Assembly (NCBI RefSeq): GCF_964204865.1
Contig: NC_135259.1
Span: forward strand, 17,670,001-17,734,000
DNA: 64,000 nucleotides
Source: Styela clava
Taxonomy: Eukaryota
Direction of reading: 5' to 3'
Positions 12,777 to 23,624 of the stretch are shown piece after piece (the first letter of the stretch is position 1; each line of letters starts with the position of its first letter). The notes below the pieces were generated by a model. It saw nothing but the letters and a program-made list of their open reading frames with translations, was not told where the DNA came from and did not search any database. The position numbers and the translations under genes are program-made.

Positions 12777-13489
12777 GTTGTGGAAATATACGAATAAAAA
12801 CATATAGAGATTTTGAACGCATCTTCATTCACGTGGGCGCTGAAGCTGAAGGGTGAACGGGTGACTTACAAGTCAGAGACAATCTACAAATTAGCAATAT
12901 ACGGTAACATAACATTCATCTAACAACCATTTATGCAATACCGGTTCCCGGCTCAACTGATATAAACTACCTAGCCTCAGTTTATGTACCGGTACCGTAT
13001 TTTTCACTTTGTCCAACTGCCCTGATTGCTATTACCGGTTTAACTTCACCATACGAACCACAAAGCAATGTCACAAAACTAAATAAACTGTTAATTCTAA
13101 ATTAACTCTTCACAACCGTCAACAAGATAACGCAAACAGCTGAAAACGCAGCTATGGCGAGTTTCCCCGCAAGGCAATTATCGCGCGCTAGCAATAAAAA
13201 TAGAACATGATGTATTGCTCGAAAAAAAAAACAGCAATAAATTCACTCAAAATATTGCCTAAATTCACGAAACAATAAAGTCTCACGTGTGGTGTCGCTT
13301 AAGCTAACGTAAAATCAGGTCAACTTTACGTTAGTAGAGTAGAGTGGTAGACTAACGTAAAGTAAAATTACCAAAGGATAAAAAATAATTTGTAAAAAGC
13401 AGAGAAAAGTTGTAATTCCTGTGCGGCACACCTGGCATCGTCTCGCGGCACACCGGTGCGCCGCGGCACACCGGTTGCGGAGCACTGGT

Positions 13490-13855
13490 ATAGCATAGTG
13501 CCAAAATTTTTTCAATAAATTTTTTGAACGCCAGGAATCTTCATTACCGTAGAGTCCGCTAACAAGTATGGATACTGGGTGACATAAAAGCGAGGACCAC
13601 ATATAGGAGAGATAAGTTCACTTGGTAAGTTAGGAGTTGACAGTGAGATAGCTTAACACTGTTCTGCTTTTAGAGTGACTGAGTGGAGTCCGGCTACCGT
13701 AAATAAGGTTCCGTTAAAAGTGTCATTCGTTGAACGTTTAAATAGCATTTCAGAGAAACTTCAATACTGTTACAAAGCGTCAGTAGATTAACGTTTAAAT
13801 AGCATTTTTAACCGTAATTCCAATGCTATTAAAAGGCGTCAGTCGTTCAACCTAG
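13490..13855 (+). repeat. Dispersed direct repeat, second copy at about 30245-30603
   Basis: Shared ACCGTAGAGTCCGCTA..CAAGTATG..GTGACATAAAAG and internal AAATAGCATT/TACTGTTA units. Confidence 0.75.
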
Positions 13856-14405
13856 AACTCTTAATACTGACCAAAGTATAAAATATAGAATGGTTTTTCT
13901 CTCAACCAAGTTTATTGATACACACGTTCATCCAGAGAAAAATTGACACGTTCATTCGTTTGAATATTTAAACATATAAAGTCATCTACAAGCTATACTA
14001 TAGTGAATTACAAACAAAGATCATATTATACATTTAATTGAAAAAAATGTGCTTATTGCTACAGCAAGAACAGCGTGGACAAATCATTTTAGAATATATA
14101 CCCATTTTGAATCCACGCGACTTCAAGTGTCCATATTTTTGGGCAAAATTTAGTCACAATATGTCTCATATTGAAAGTAGGCAAGTCAGTTTATTGGGGT
14201 TAAAATGATTGGCGTTCAGGTAATTGCAATGACAAAATTTATAAGAAACAACCTTTTTACGACGAAAGCATACATGTGTTAAATATACAATAAGTACCAT
14301 TTAAGTTATGCTAGAATTGAAATTCAAATTTTGTAAAATGTAGATATCGAAGTATAGATTTTACCTAAATTAATTAGTTGTAAATTAAAAAAAAAATTCG
14401 ATCAA

Positions 14406-17177
14406 TTAGTTGTAACTTATCGGTAGATATAGTTGCGACGGCCTTATCGCCATTTCGGTCTGGACGATTTTCCATCCGTTGCAAGCATCCCATGAGACAC
14501 GGTCTGGACCATCTTCGTCAACGACGTCATCTTCCGGCAATGGGAACATTGTAACTCCATATAACTTTCCATTCAAGTTGAAATCAGTGCAGCGATTAAA
14601 CCACCAGCCACCGCCGTAAGATTTTGCGCAATTTCCATCTCTCCACCGGTCGTTGTCACTATCACGTGCCGTGAACTCCATGTCATTGTGCATGGCAGCA
14701 AAATCAACACTTGCTTGATCAGGAGTTGGAGTTATCCTCAGTTTGAAATTTTCCTTTTCGTCACCGATGGAAAATTGGCTGTAAATAAAGGTAATCAAAA
14801 TGTTAAAAGATTATATCAAAATATTTTAACCATAAAATAATTATGAACTGATTATACAATAACTGTACGTATAGCGTCATTGAAAGCCGTTGCAATTTTT
14901 CTAAGTCTGTGACAGAGGTAAATACCGAAAGAACAGTATGCTTCGTTTAAACTGGATTTAAAAAGAGGAAATGAATAAAATTAGCAGTAATCAATAATTT
15001 GAGACCCATGGGACTTAGGTAATACCTCTAGAACAGGGTTGGGAAACTACTTTTCTGCATGGGTCAGTTACAGATAATAGACTTCATTACTGGGTCGGAG
15101 GCTCAGAACTCAATACGAAACTATGAATACAACACTGAATGAAACACTTCGGAGGGTCGGATTCGGCCCACGGGCCGTAACTTGTCCACCCCTGATCTAG
15201 ATTGACAATTGAATTGAGTGAACAGATGTTTTTTCGGTACTCCCGAAGTATGTGAACCAAGATGGCGGACACCGCAACATAGTATGTGTACCAGGTTAGG
15301 GTTAGGCCATAATTTTATTCCAATTTTCCATTACGAGCTCGAGGACTAGTAAAGTGACTACCGTAGTATTTTATACCTCTAATTATGGCCTAACCCTAAC
15401 CTGGTACACATACTACATTTCGGTGTCCGACATCTTGGTTCACATACTTCGGGAGTACCGAAAAGACATAGATTAAGTCGATGTTTAATTAAAAATTGAA
15501 CCACCAAATATCAGCGTTAACTTACTCAAAATAAGTCGTGAATTTTCGTCCATCCGCTAATTTTACAGTGATTCTCAGTTCATGTGGAACAGTACCGGTG
15601 AAATGACGAATTGCTTTCAAACCTAGAAGCAAGATGATAACTTAATTGCATTAAAGTTGATTTATTGTTTTATACCAGTGGTTCCCAATCTTTTTTCTTC
15701 CGTGGCCCATTTTAATTGCACGAAAATTCTGTGACCCATTCACACTTTTTCATGCAAGGGGAATACTACAAGGCAAGCAAAAAACTGTGTCCGCAAAAAT
15801 GAACACTTTAGAATGAAAATTACCGCTCAGTAACATAAAACAGTATTATCGTTCATTGCCACCACAATCAGAATTTGTATTTGAATATAGTGAATCGAAT
15901 TTTCCAACAACTCTTGCAATTTTAAATAGGTTTATGGCGCACCTGGAAGTTTTGCTGTGGGTCATGGCTCACTGGTTGAGAACCGGGGTTTTATTCAGAA
16001 AAATTATAAATTATTGAACAGAACAATTTATAAAATGGATCCTTACCCATCCAATAGTCTCCCGTTGGCATCCCAAATCCACTGATGTAACTTCTCAAAT
16101 CTCTGTCGAACGATTCCATGTCGAGGTATCGGCGCTGGATAATCTGATGGATAATAAATAAATCATATATATATCGTGAAAATTCTGAAGAGTAAAGCAC
16201 ATGGAAGGAAAATACAAACGAAGAAAAAGAGAGGGGGGTTGAAAATCTCTACGAAGTATGACATACCATCCATCCGCCTTCACTTTCTCTACCGCTGCAG
16301 TCACAATAAAGCCATGTTCCTTTTGAATATGCTACACTCGGCTTCTTGTAGTCAAAAAATGCCGTTCTGCCTCGTGTTGCCATTCCAATTGGGTCGTTAT
16401 TAGCATTAGTCGTCTTTGAACAAACGTCCATGCAATCAAGAGGAGCGACTAAAGTTACATATTTATAATAAATTAGCAAAAATCATAAATGTGCACTTTA
16501 TGCCACGACCACTGGCTTTTATGTAGCAAATGGTGTAAAAAAAGCTTGTAGTGTATCTTGGTTCATATCAATATTTTAACATTATTTTAATTCACCACAC
16601 CTGATTTTTTGCATTTTCCTCCTCGGTTGTGTAGAAATGCCATGGAAACACTGCCGTCAGGATTAACTCTGGATTGTGGTGTTACACATCTCAAATCTTT
16701 TTCACAATCTCCCTCCATATTGAAGTCGCCACCGCATGTTTCACCTTTTTGCTTGGCACATCTATTACAGCAGCTGAACAAAATCAAAATATAAGTTTAT
16801 GATTTAAAGAAACACGTACTTTGATGGAGTTTAATGCAATGTTGTTCAAAAAAATTGTTTACAATAGCAAATGTTTTTTTTTTGTCCAAAAAATATATTC
16901 GATTGGGCCAGTTTATATCGCAGGATTCAAATTCTAAAAAACACTCATTATTTCCATAGAAGTATAGAGATGCTGTGTAAATGCGTCAGGAATACACTCA
17001 CGGACAAAGTCCTGGTGCTTCGGATCCGGGGCAGTTTAGTTTTGGACATTCTCTTTTAACTTTAACTTCTATCCCTTCAGGATTGATCATAAGTTCTTCA
17101 CAGGGAAAACAAGTCAGCGTGTTTGCTGAGTGAAAGAAAGTCAAACCAAGCAATATAGTCACTCCGATAAGGTTCAT
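14406..17177 (-). CDS. Secreted IGFBP-N-domain plus fibrinogen C-terminal (FReD) protein, copy A; intact, 365 aa, 6 coding exons
   Basis: Exons: 17177-17002, 16773-16601, 16448-16267, 16143-16047, 15622-15526, 14778-14406. All introns are GT-AG with consistent phases, total 1098 nt. Signal peptide MNLIGVTILLGLTFFHSANT. 12-Cys IGFBP pattern (CFPC...GLCPCCNRCAKQKGETCGG...C...LRC...GKC). FReD motifs: PLDC, YCD, GGWMIIQRR, GFG, DYWMG, HNDMEFTARDSDND, NCA..YGGGWWFNRC..NLNG, EMAIRP. Confidence 0.92.
15033..15194. mobile_element. hAT-Charlie-type MITE in intron 5 of copy A
   Basis: CAGGGTTGG...CCACCCCTG termini flanked by CTCTAGAA and ATCTAGAT, matching the NTCTAGAN target consensus. Confidence 0.75.
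15236..15459. mobile_element. Palindromic MITE, probably Merlin-like; relatives at 18816-19029, 22587-22696, 29681-29891 and 46022-46251
   Basis: Near-perfect TIRs of about 90 bp (GGTACTCCCGAAGTATGTGAACCAAGATG...). Absent from the equivalent intron of copy B. Confidence 0.8.
15676..15988. mobile_element. hAT-type MITE in intron 4 of copy A; a related truncated copy starts at 25121 in intron 5 of copy B
   Basis: CAGTGGTTCCCAA...GGTTGAGAACC termini. Intron 4 is 424 nt in copy A but 99 nt in copy B. Confidence 0.72.
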
Positions 17178-20100
17178 GATGTATGTATTTTTGAACTGTT
17201 AAAATAATAAGCATGGGTTACTCAAAACATGTGGCGGGACAGGCTAGGCAATTTTATTCTATAACTTTCTTCCTAAAGTTTCCAACAATCCTGGTGACGC
17301 TCGTAATTGATTTCCTATCTACCTTGGCGTGTGCAATTGATTATAAACATAACTCATTGTCACTGTTTCCTAGAGCAAGTTTCTTTTGTTCTACAAACAA
17401 CTTTATAAAAGGACAGCATAAATTTAGTAACCACAGTGCTAGTGCGATGTTGCAACTGTGATTGAAGCAGTTTAATCTTGTTCATTTATACACAAATTGT
17501 GTCTTAATTTCTCCCATCTACTTGCGCTTTGTGTACAATTATTGCAAAATATTTGTTAGCCGCAGGTCATGTCTGCTTCGTTGAGCTAAGCTGACATTTA
17601 GCGTATGTTTTAAAAATATACTTGATTCAAATTTATATTTCCAGTTTAAATGTTTTCTGAAAAATATTTTCTATTAATAAGTGGACATATATTTTTTTTT
17701 ACATTTGAGCTACGTCAAGCAAATTAGTCCACTTCACTTCTTCTGTTAATATAAATTCCGGGTAAATACCGAAAAAAATGACGTTGATTAAATGAAAACG
17801 TGAACGAATTTATTTTATTCGTAATAAAAACAATAATAAAATGAAATCGATTGCGAATGGAAACTGGAAGCATTGTGTTCGTGATAGTAATAACTAACTG
17901 CGCTAGTTGGCCCTATCTTTAATTAAGTAAGATAACCGTCCAATCTCAACCTAAAAAATACCACAAGTGAAGCTTTCATATTCGTATATGTGATTAAAAT
18001 TATAGCAAGATTAATCCTTCACCCGTCACTCGATTGCATCAAAAATTAAAATGGAATTGAAGCATCAAAAACAAAATTTTAGCGTGGATTTTAAATCGGA
18101 TTATATTTTCAATAATTTGGAATTAATGAGGGACTCATGCGTGCTAGAATACCTGTATAGCTTCCAGTTATAGTCTATTTATTATACAGATTTAGACTGC
18201 ATTTAAAATTAAAAAAAATGCATTTAACACATTTCTCAGCTAATTAGCGATTTAGTTTTCCAAATTTTAATCAATTCAATGAATATAAAAAAGTGTGACA
18301 GATATGCTATGAAATATGATTTATTTTCAGTGAAGAGAATGCAGATATTGTTTTGCAACTGTTTACGTGCAATGTTATTTATTTCTCCCAAACTACGCCG
18401 TATAGTCATCAATATCAGTCCCTTAGGTGTAATTTGGAATATTTTTGAAACTTGTTTGTTATTTGGAACCGGCAGTTATGACGAAGTAAAAAATTCTTGA
18501 ATCAGGATAAAAAGTTTGCGTCACGATTTTTCTTTGAACAAATCAAATTGTCTACTTAAATACAATAATTTCATTCCAGAACCGGGGATGATTAACAGTC
18601 GTGAAACAGTTGTTTTTGTTTTATTTATTATATTTCCTACTGGTTAAAAACAAAATTTTAAAAGATCAGTGACCAAAAGCACGATAGTATGACGTATGAT
18701 AGTGTTTTTTTAAAATAATTTTAATTTCTATTAAATAAATAATTATTTATACAGAGGATTGATTGGAAAAATGCCCGGAATGACAAACACACCTTTTAGA
18801 GGTCAATGTAGTATTGGTACTCCCGTAGCATGTGTACCGCAGGATAGAGTTAGGCCATAACTTTATTCCGATTTTCCTTATTTTAGTTCTATTACGAGTT
18901 CGGGGACTGTATGTGTTAGCCAAGTGAATATACCCCCTGCCCGTTGGTTTCAGTCCCTTCACACAACTTGATGTAAAGTGGGCGAACAAAATTAGATACC
19001 TCCATATTGGAACACACGCTTCTGGAGCACTGCAATATTTATAACACGATGCATCAATTAACAGAGATTCTTGAGAAAACATTTGTTTACATGAATGAAT
19101 TACATATGATGAAACTTGTGATTGCTTTCTGAAATGTCATAAACCAGATAATGTTGAATAATAATAAACACTTGGTTTGAACTTGAAATTGCGTCATTTA
19201 TTGTTGCTTTGAGCAGGAGTTTATATGAACTTCGATAGTATTTTAAGGCTCAAACGATCCCTCCAAGTAGGGGACTTTTTTAGTTCTATGGAGACGTCAG
19301 AACAAGTTAGTTTTGAATATTTGATTCATAGTTTTCTTCTAGCTTCACGCTTTGGAAGTTACCCATCACTGTGAATTCTGCAGTTACCACAAACTACACA
19401 TCCACCATGTTTGAAAGCACATATATATATACTAATTTTAATATAGTTCATATATACCGACGATATAACAAAAGAACTGGTTACAGAATCAGAAAAGCAG
19501 AATGGACTCACATAAATTATAAAATCTAGATGATCTGGGACAAAAAGCCTGGTAAGCGTTATTCCACTATAGAAAATATGTTACAGCAAGAGGTCCGGCA
19601 CAAAGATCGAGTACATCTTGACCTCGATTCATTAAGTTTAATGTAATTTCCAATAATGCAATGATATTAATTGAAGATATTGGTATGTATTTAAACCAAA
19701 TGCATCGCCCAATATAACTAGCATGCGGTTCAAAATAAGTACACAGACCGCTATAATTGCCTTTGACCTAATGCAAAATTACGCGGAAGAGTTCTCAGTA
19801 ATACGTCTTCAATAGGACATACTAAAATGCGTTCGAATTTGTCAGAGTTGACTTTTAAAAAATCGAGTCTTTCAAACGAAGTTCATGGTAGCGGCAAGCG
19901 GTAAAGATAAATTAGTAGCATTGTCCACGGACGTATTCAAAACACTATATTAGAAGATATTAAACTTTAAATTTTTGCATAATCTTATGAATGCAAACTT
20001 TTATAATGGACACCTGCTACTTTTCATATCGGCATTTTGCTGCAACTACCTTGAAATAGGACGTTTAAACGAAGTTTGAAACTATCTATCTTTTACCAAC

Positions 20101-20250
20101 ATTTTACATCTGTCTTGGCAGTATTTATTCTCAACTAAATCCTGATTCATCCTAAACAGTTCAAAGACGTGTTTTCAAAATATTTATATTAAATAAATTT
20201 GGGTCAATATAAAAACAACATTACTATATGTATATTATAACAATATCATG

Positions 20251-21228
20251 CAGGGTGTTAAAAAATGAACGCCAAATTAACAGAAGTTAAGATGAAATAC
20301 TAATTAGAACATATACCGACTGATACCTTTTTAACTGAATTGAAATACGATGAAATGCCATTCAAACATTTCACGACAGACGCTTTTCAACAGTAACTTT
20401 TTAAACGTTACCATGACGAAAAATTTTACCTTAATTTTGCGTAACTTTTTTTAACAACCTGTGTAATATTGTGGGTGATTGGCAGATATGGTACAAAACG
20501 TCGGATTGCCATTCCGGTCTGCACGATTCTTTACTTTTTAAAACAAGAATCCCATGTGACACAGTCTGGGCCAATTTCATCGTTCATGATCTTTTCCGAT
20601 AGTCGGTAAGTCTCGAATTCCGTATAGCATTATATTCAAGTTGTACTCAAAGTGTGATGTTTTCATGTGACGAACAGAGTTTAGTCTTTTTTAGGTTATT
20701 TATTATAAGTGAGTGCGTGACCTTGCTTTGAGTAGCATTCCAAATACATACCATACATACTTTACCAAATACATATTCGGACTGTAGAGAGGTTTGTGAA
20801 AGTAAGATGAAAGCTCTATTGAATAGATCGCCTTCATTGGAGGGGTAACATACTTGTAAGGCAGAACGATTGAACGATAAGATTGAATATGAACTGAACG
20901 CGTAGAATACAGAATATATATGTATGTGTTCAAGCAAAAAGCAATATCTATTTCTGCCTATTTTAAAAAGCTTTATATGTGCGATGCACTCTTATTCATA
21001 CGGGAGATGAGATTAGCTACAAATGCGCCTACTTAAAAATATACAGGGTGTCCATGAAATCTTGACATTTTGCAAAATCGATACCATAAATCGCTTTGGC
21101 CCTCACAGATGTATTCAATGGAGTAAAAATACTTAAACAATTACTGATTAAAATACAACAAACCTGAATAAAATATATTGGGAACTGACTGCATAACAAA
21201 ATTGTGAAGGGACTTTTTGGACACTCTG
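20251..21228. mobile_element. Two Tc1/mariner-like MITEs (20251-20461 and 21044-21228) in the intergenic spacer
   Basis: Inverted termini CAGGGTGTTAAAAAA...TTTTTTAACAACCTG and TA-CAGGGTGTCCA...TGGACACTCTG. Confidence 0.6.
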
Positions 21229-23624
21229 TTAATATGAAACGAAAGACGATAAATGAGTGAAAATTTAGTTCTCAGTGAGCTGAGCCGTGATGTTTTTATT
21301 GACTGCATTTTAACTCATTTTTTTCACTTTAATACTTTATTATGAAGTTTAATGATTATCAAATAAAAAATATTATGAACAAAAAAAAAATTAACAAAAA
21401 CTGTTTTACGACTGTTAATCATCCCCGATTAAAGAATGAAATTAATTATTGTTTTTTAAGTCAACAATTTGATATTTTCAATAAAAAATTGTGACGCAAA
21501 CTTTTTATTATGAATATTACTTCGTCATAACTGCCGGTTCCAAATAATATACAGTTTCAAAATATTTTAAAATACGCCTAATAAGGGACTAATATTGATG
21601 ACTATACGACGTAGTTTGGGAGAAATGAATTGTACGTAACAATGACGTAAACTGTTGAAAAACAATATCTGCATTATCTTCGTTAAAAAGTATTCATATT
21701 TTATAGTATTTTCATTGAATTGATTAAAATCTGGAAGAATAAATTGCTAAGTGTTGAATGCGTTTTTTAAAAGTAATAAATGCCGACTATCAGATATATC
21801 ATAAATAGACTATAATTAAAAGCCACATAGGCATTCTAGCATATGCATGAATCTCTCATTAATTCTAAATTGTCGAAATGGTAATACGATTTCGAATTCA
21901 TGTTGAAATTTAGTTTTTGATGCTTTAATTATCTTTTAATTTTTGATGCAATCGAGTGACAGGCGGAAGGTAATCCTGACATGATTTCAATCACGTATAC
22001 GAATACGAAAGTTGCTTTCCTTGCGTTGTTTTTTAATTAAGTCAAAATCTTCACTTATTAGAGTACAGAGCCAACTAGCGCAGTCATTCCTATCACGTAC
22101 ATATTTTCGTAGTCGTCATATTTTTCGTAGTTTTATTTTATTTTTTCGGCATCTACCGGGAGTCGGTATAAACGGAAGACACGTAGTAAATTATTGATAG
22201 CCTTGACTACTTGCTGTTAACCTTCCCTAATTTGTATGACGTAGCTCAAGGGTAGAAAAGATTATTCATGATTCACTCAATAATAGAAACGATTTTTCAG
22301 AAGAAAACTTTCAAACTGAAGATTTAAATTTCACTTCGTCATAACTGCCGGTTCCAAATAATGAACAAATTTGAAAAATATTCTCAATGACGTCTAAGGG
22401 ACGGATATGGGAGAAATGAATTGTACGTACGATTGCACTTAAACAGTTGCAAATCAATATCTGCATTATCTTCGTTAAAAATTATCCATATTTTATAGCA
22501 CAACTTTATTATATTCATTGAATTGATTGAAATATGAAAAAAACAAGCTGTTAATTAGCTGAGAAATGTGTTAAATACGTTTTTTTGGTACTCTTGAAGT
22601 ATGCGCACCAAGATGTCGCATAACCTGAAACCTCTCCTGGTACACAACCTGAGTTCAGGTTGTGCGCTATCTTGGTGCGCATACTTCTGGAGGTCCCGTT
22701 TGTTAATAATACCAAATGCGGACTATGTGCTATATCATAAATAGACTGAATTAAAAACTATATAGGCATTTTAGCATACAATGATTAAAAGCTATATAGG
22801 CATTCTAGCATACAATTATATATAATTAAAAGTCGCATAGGCATCTTCGAAGCAATCGACTTACAGACGAAGGGTTAATCTTGACATGATTTTAATCACG
22901 TATACGGAGTGTGCTTCAATTTTGTTAAAAATAGACGGGTGTTTTACTTATTTAAAGATAGGATTAAAAGCCATGGTTTTAATCACGACATCGAATACAA
23001 AAGTTGTTTCCCTGTGATATTTGTCAAGTTAAATTGGACTGGTGTCTTACCTATTTAGATACAGAGTCAATTAGCGCAGTTATTCCTATCACGTACACAA
23101 TGCTTCCAGTTTCAAAGATAAAAAGATTATTTTTGATTCACTTATTATTAGAAACTTTTTTTCTCAAAACTTTCCAACTGGAGATATAAATTTTAATAAA
23201 GTTTATTTTTAAACGATCGACTATTTTCATTTTAGTTCAACAAAGCAAACATGTCTTGCGGCTAATAAATATTTTGCAATAATTGAGTACGAAGGGCAAG
23301 TTGATGAGAGAAATGAAGACACACTTTTTGTATAAATGAACAAGATTAAACTGCTTCAATCACAGTTGCAACATCGCACTAACACTGTGGTTACTAAACT
23401 TATGCTGTTCTTGTATAAAGTTGTTGGTATAACAAAAAGTTGAGTTATAGGTTATGGCTACAACCAATTGCACACGCAAGGATAGATATGATGAATTACG
23501 GGCGTAACAAGGGTTGTTAGAAACAATTGGAAAAAAATTATAGAATATTATTGCCTAGCCCGCCCCGCCATATGTTTTAAGTAACTGATAATTAATTTTT
23601 TAACAGTTTGAAAATACATACATC

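Larger units (their letters stand above)
1..13299. mobile_element. PIF/Harbinger DNA transposon (left end outside the window) hosting two nested retroelements
   Basis: Typical two-gene layout of transposase plus convergent MADF gene. Candidate right terminus ...CTCACGTGTGGTGTCGCT at 13299 is followed by TAA, a Harbinger-type TSD. The right boundary is tentative because the left TIR is not visible. Confidence 0.7.

Noticed and set aside
15293-15403. Interstitial telomere (TTAGGG/CCCTAA)
   Set aside because: Only about two units, and they are part of the MITE terminal inverted repeat.
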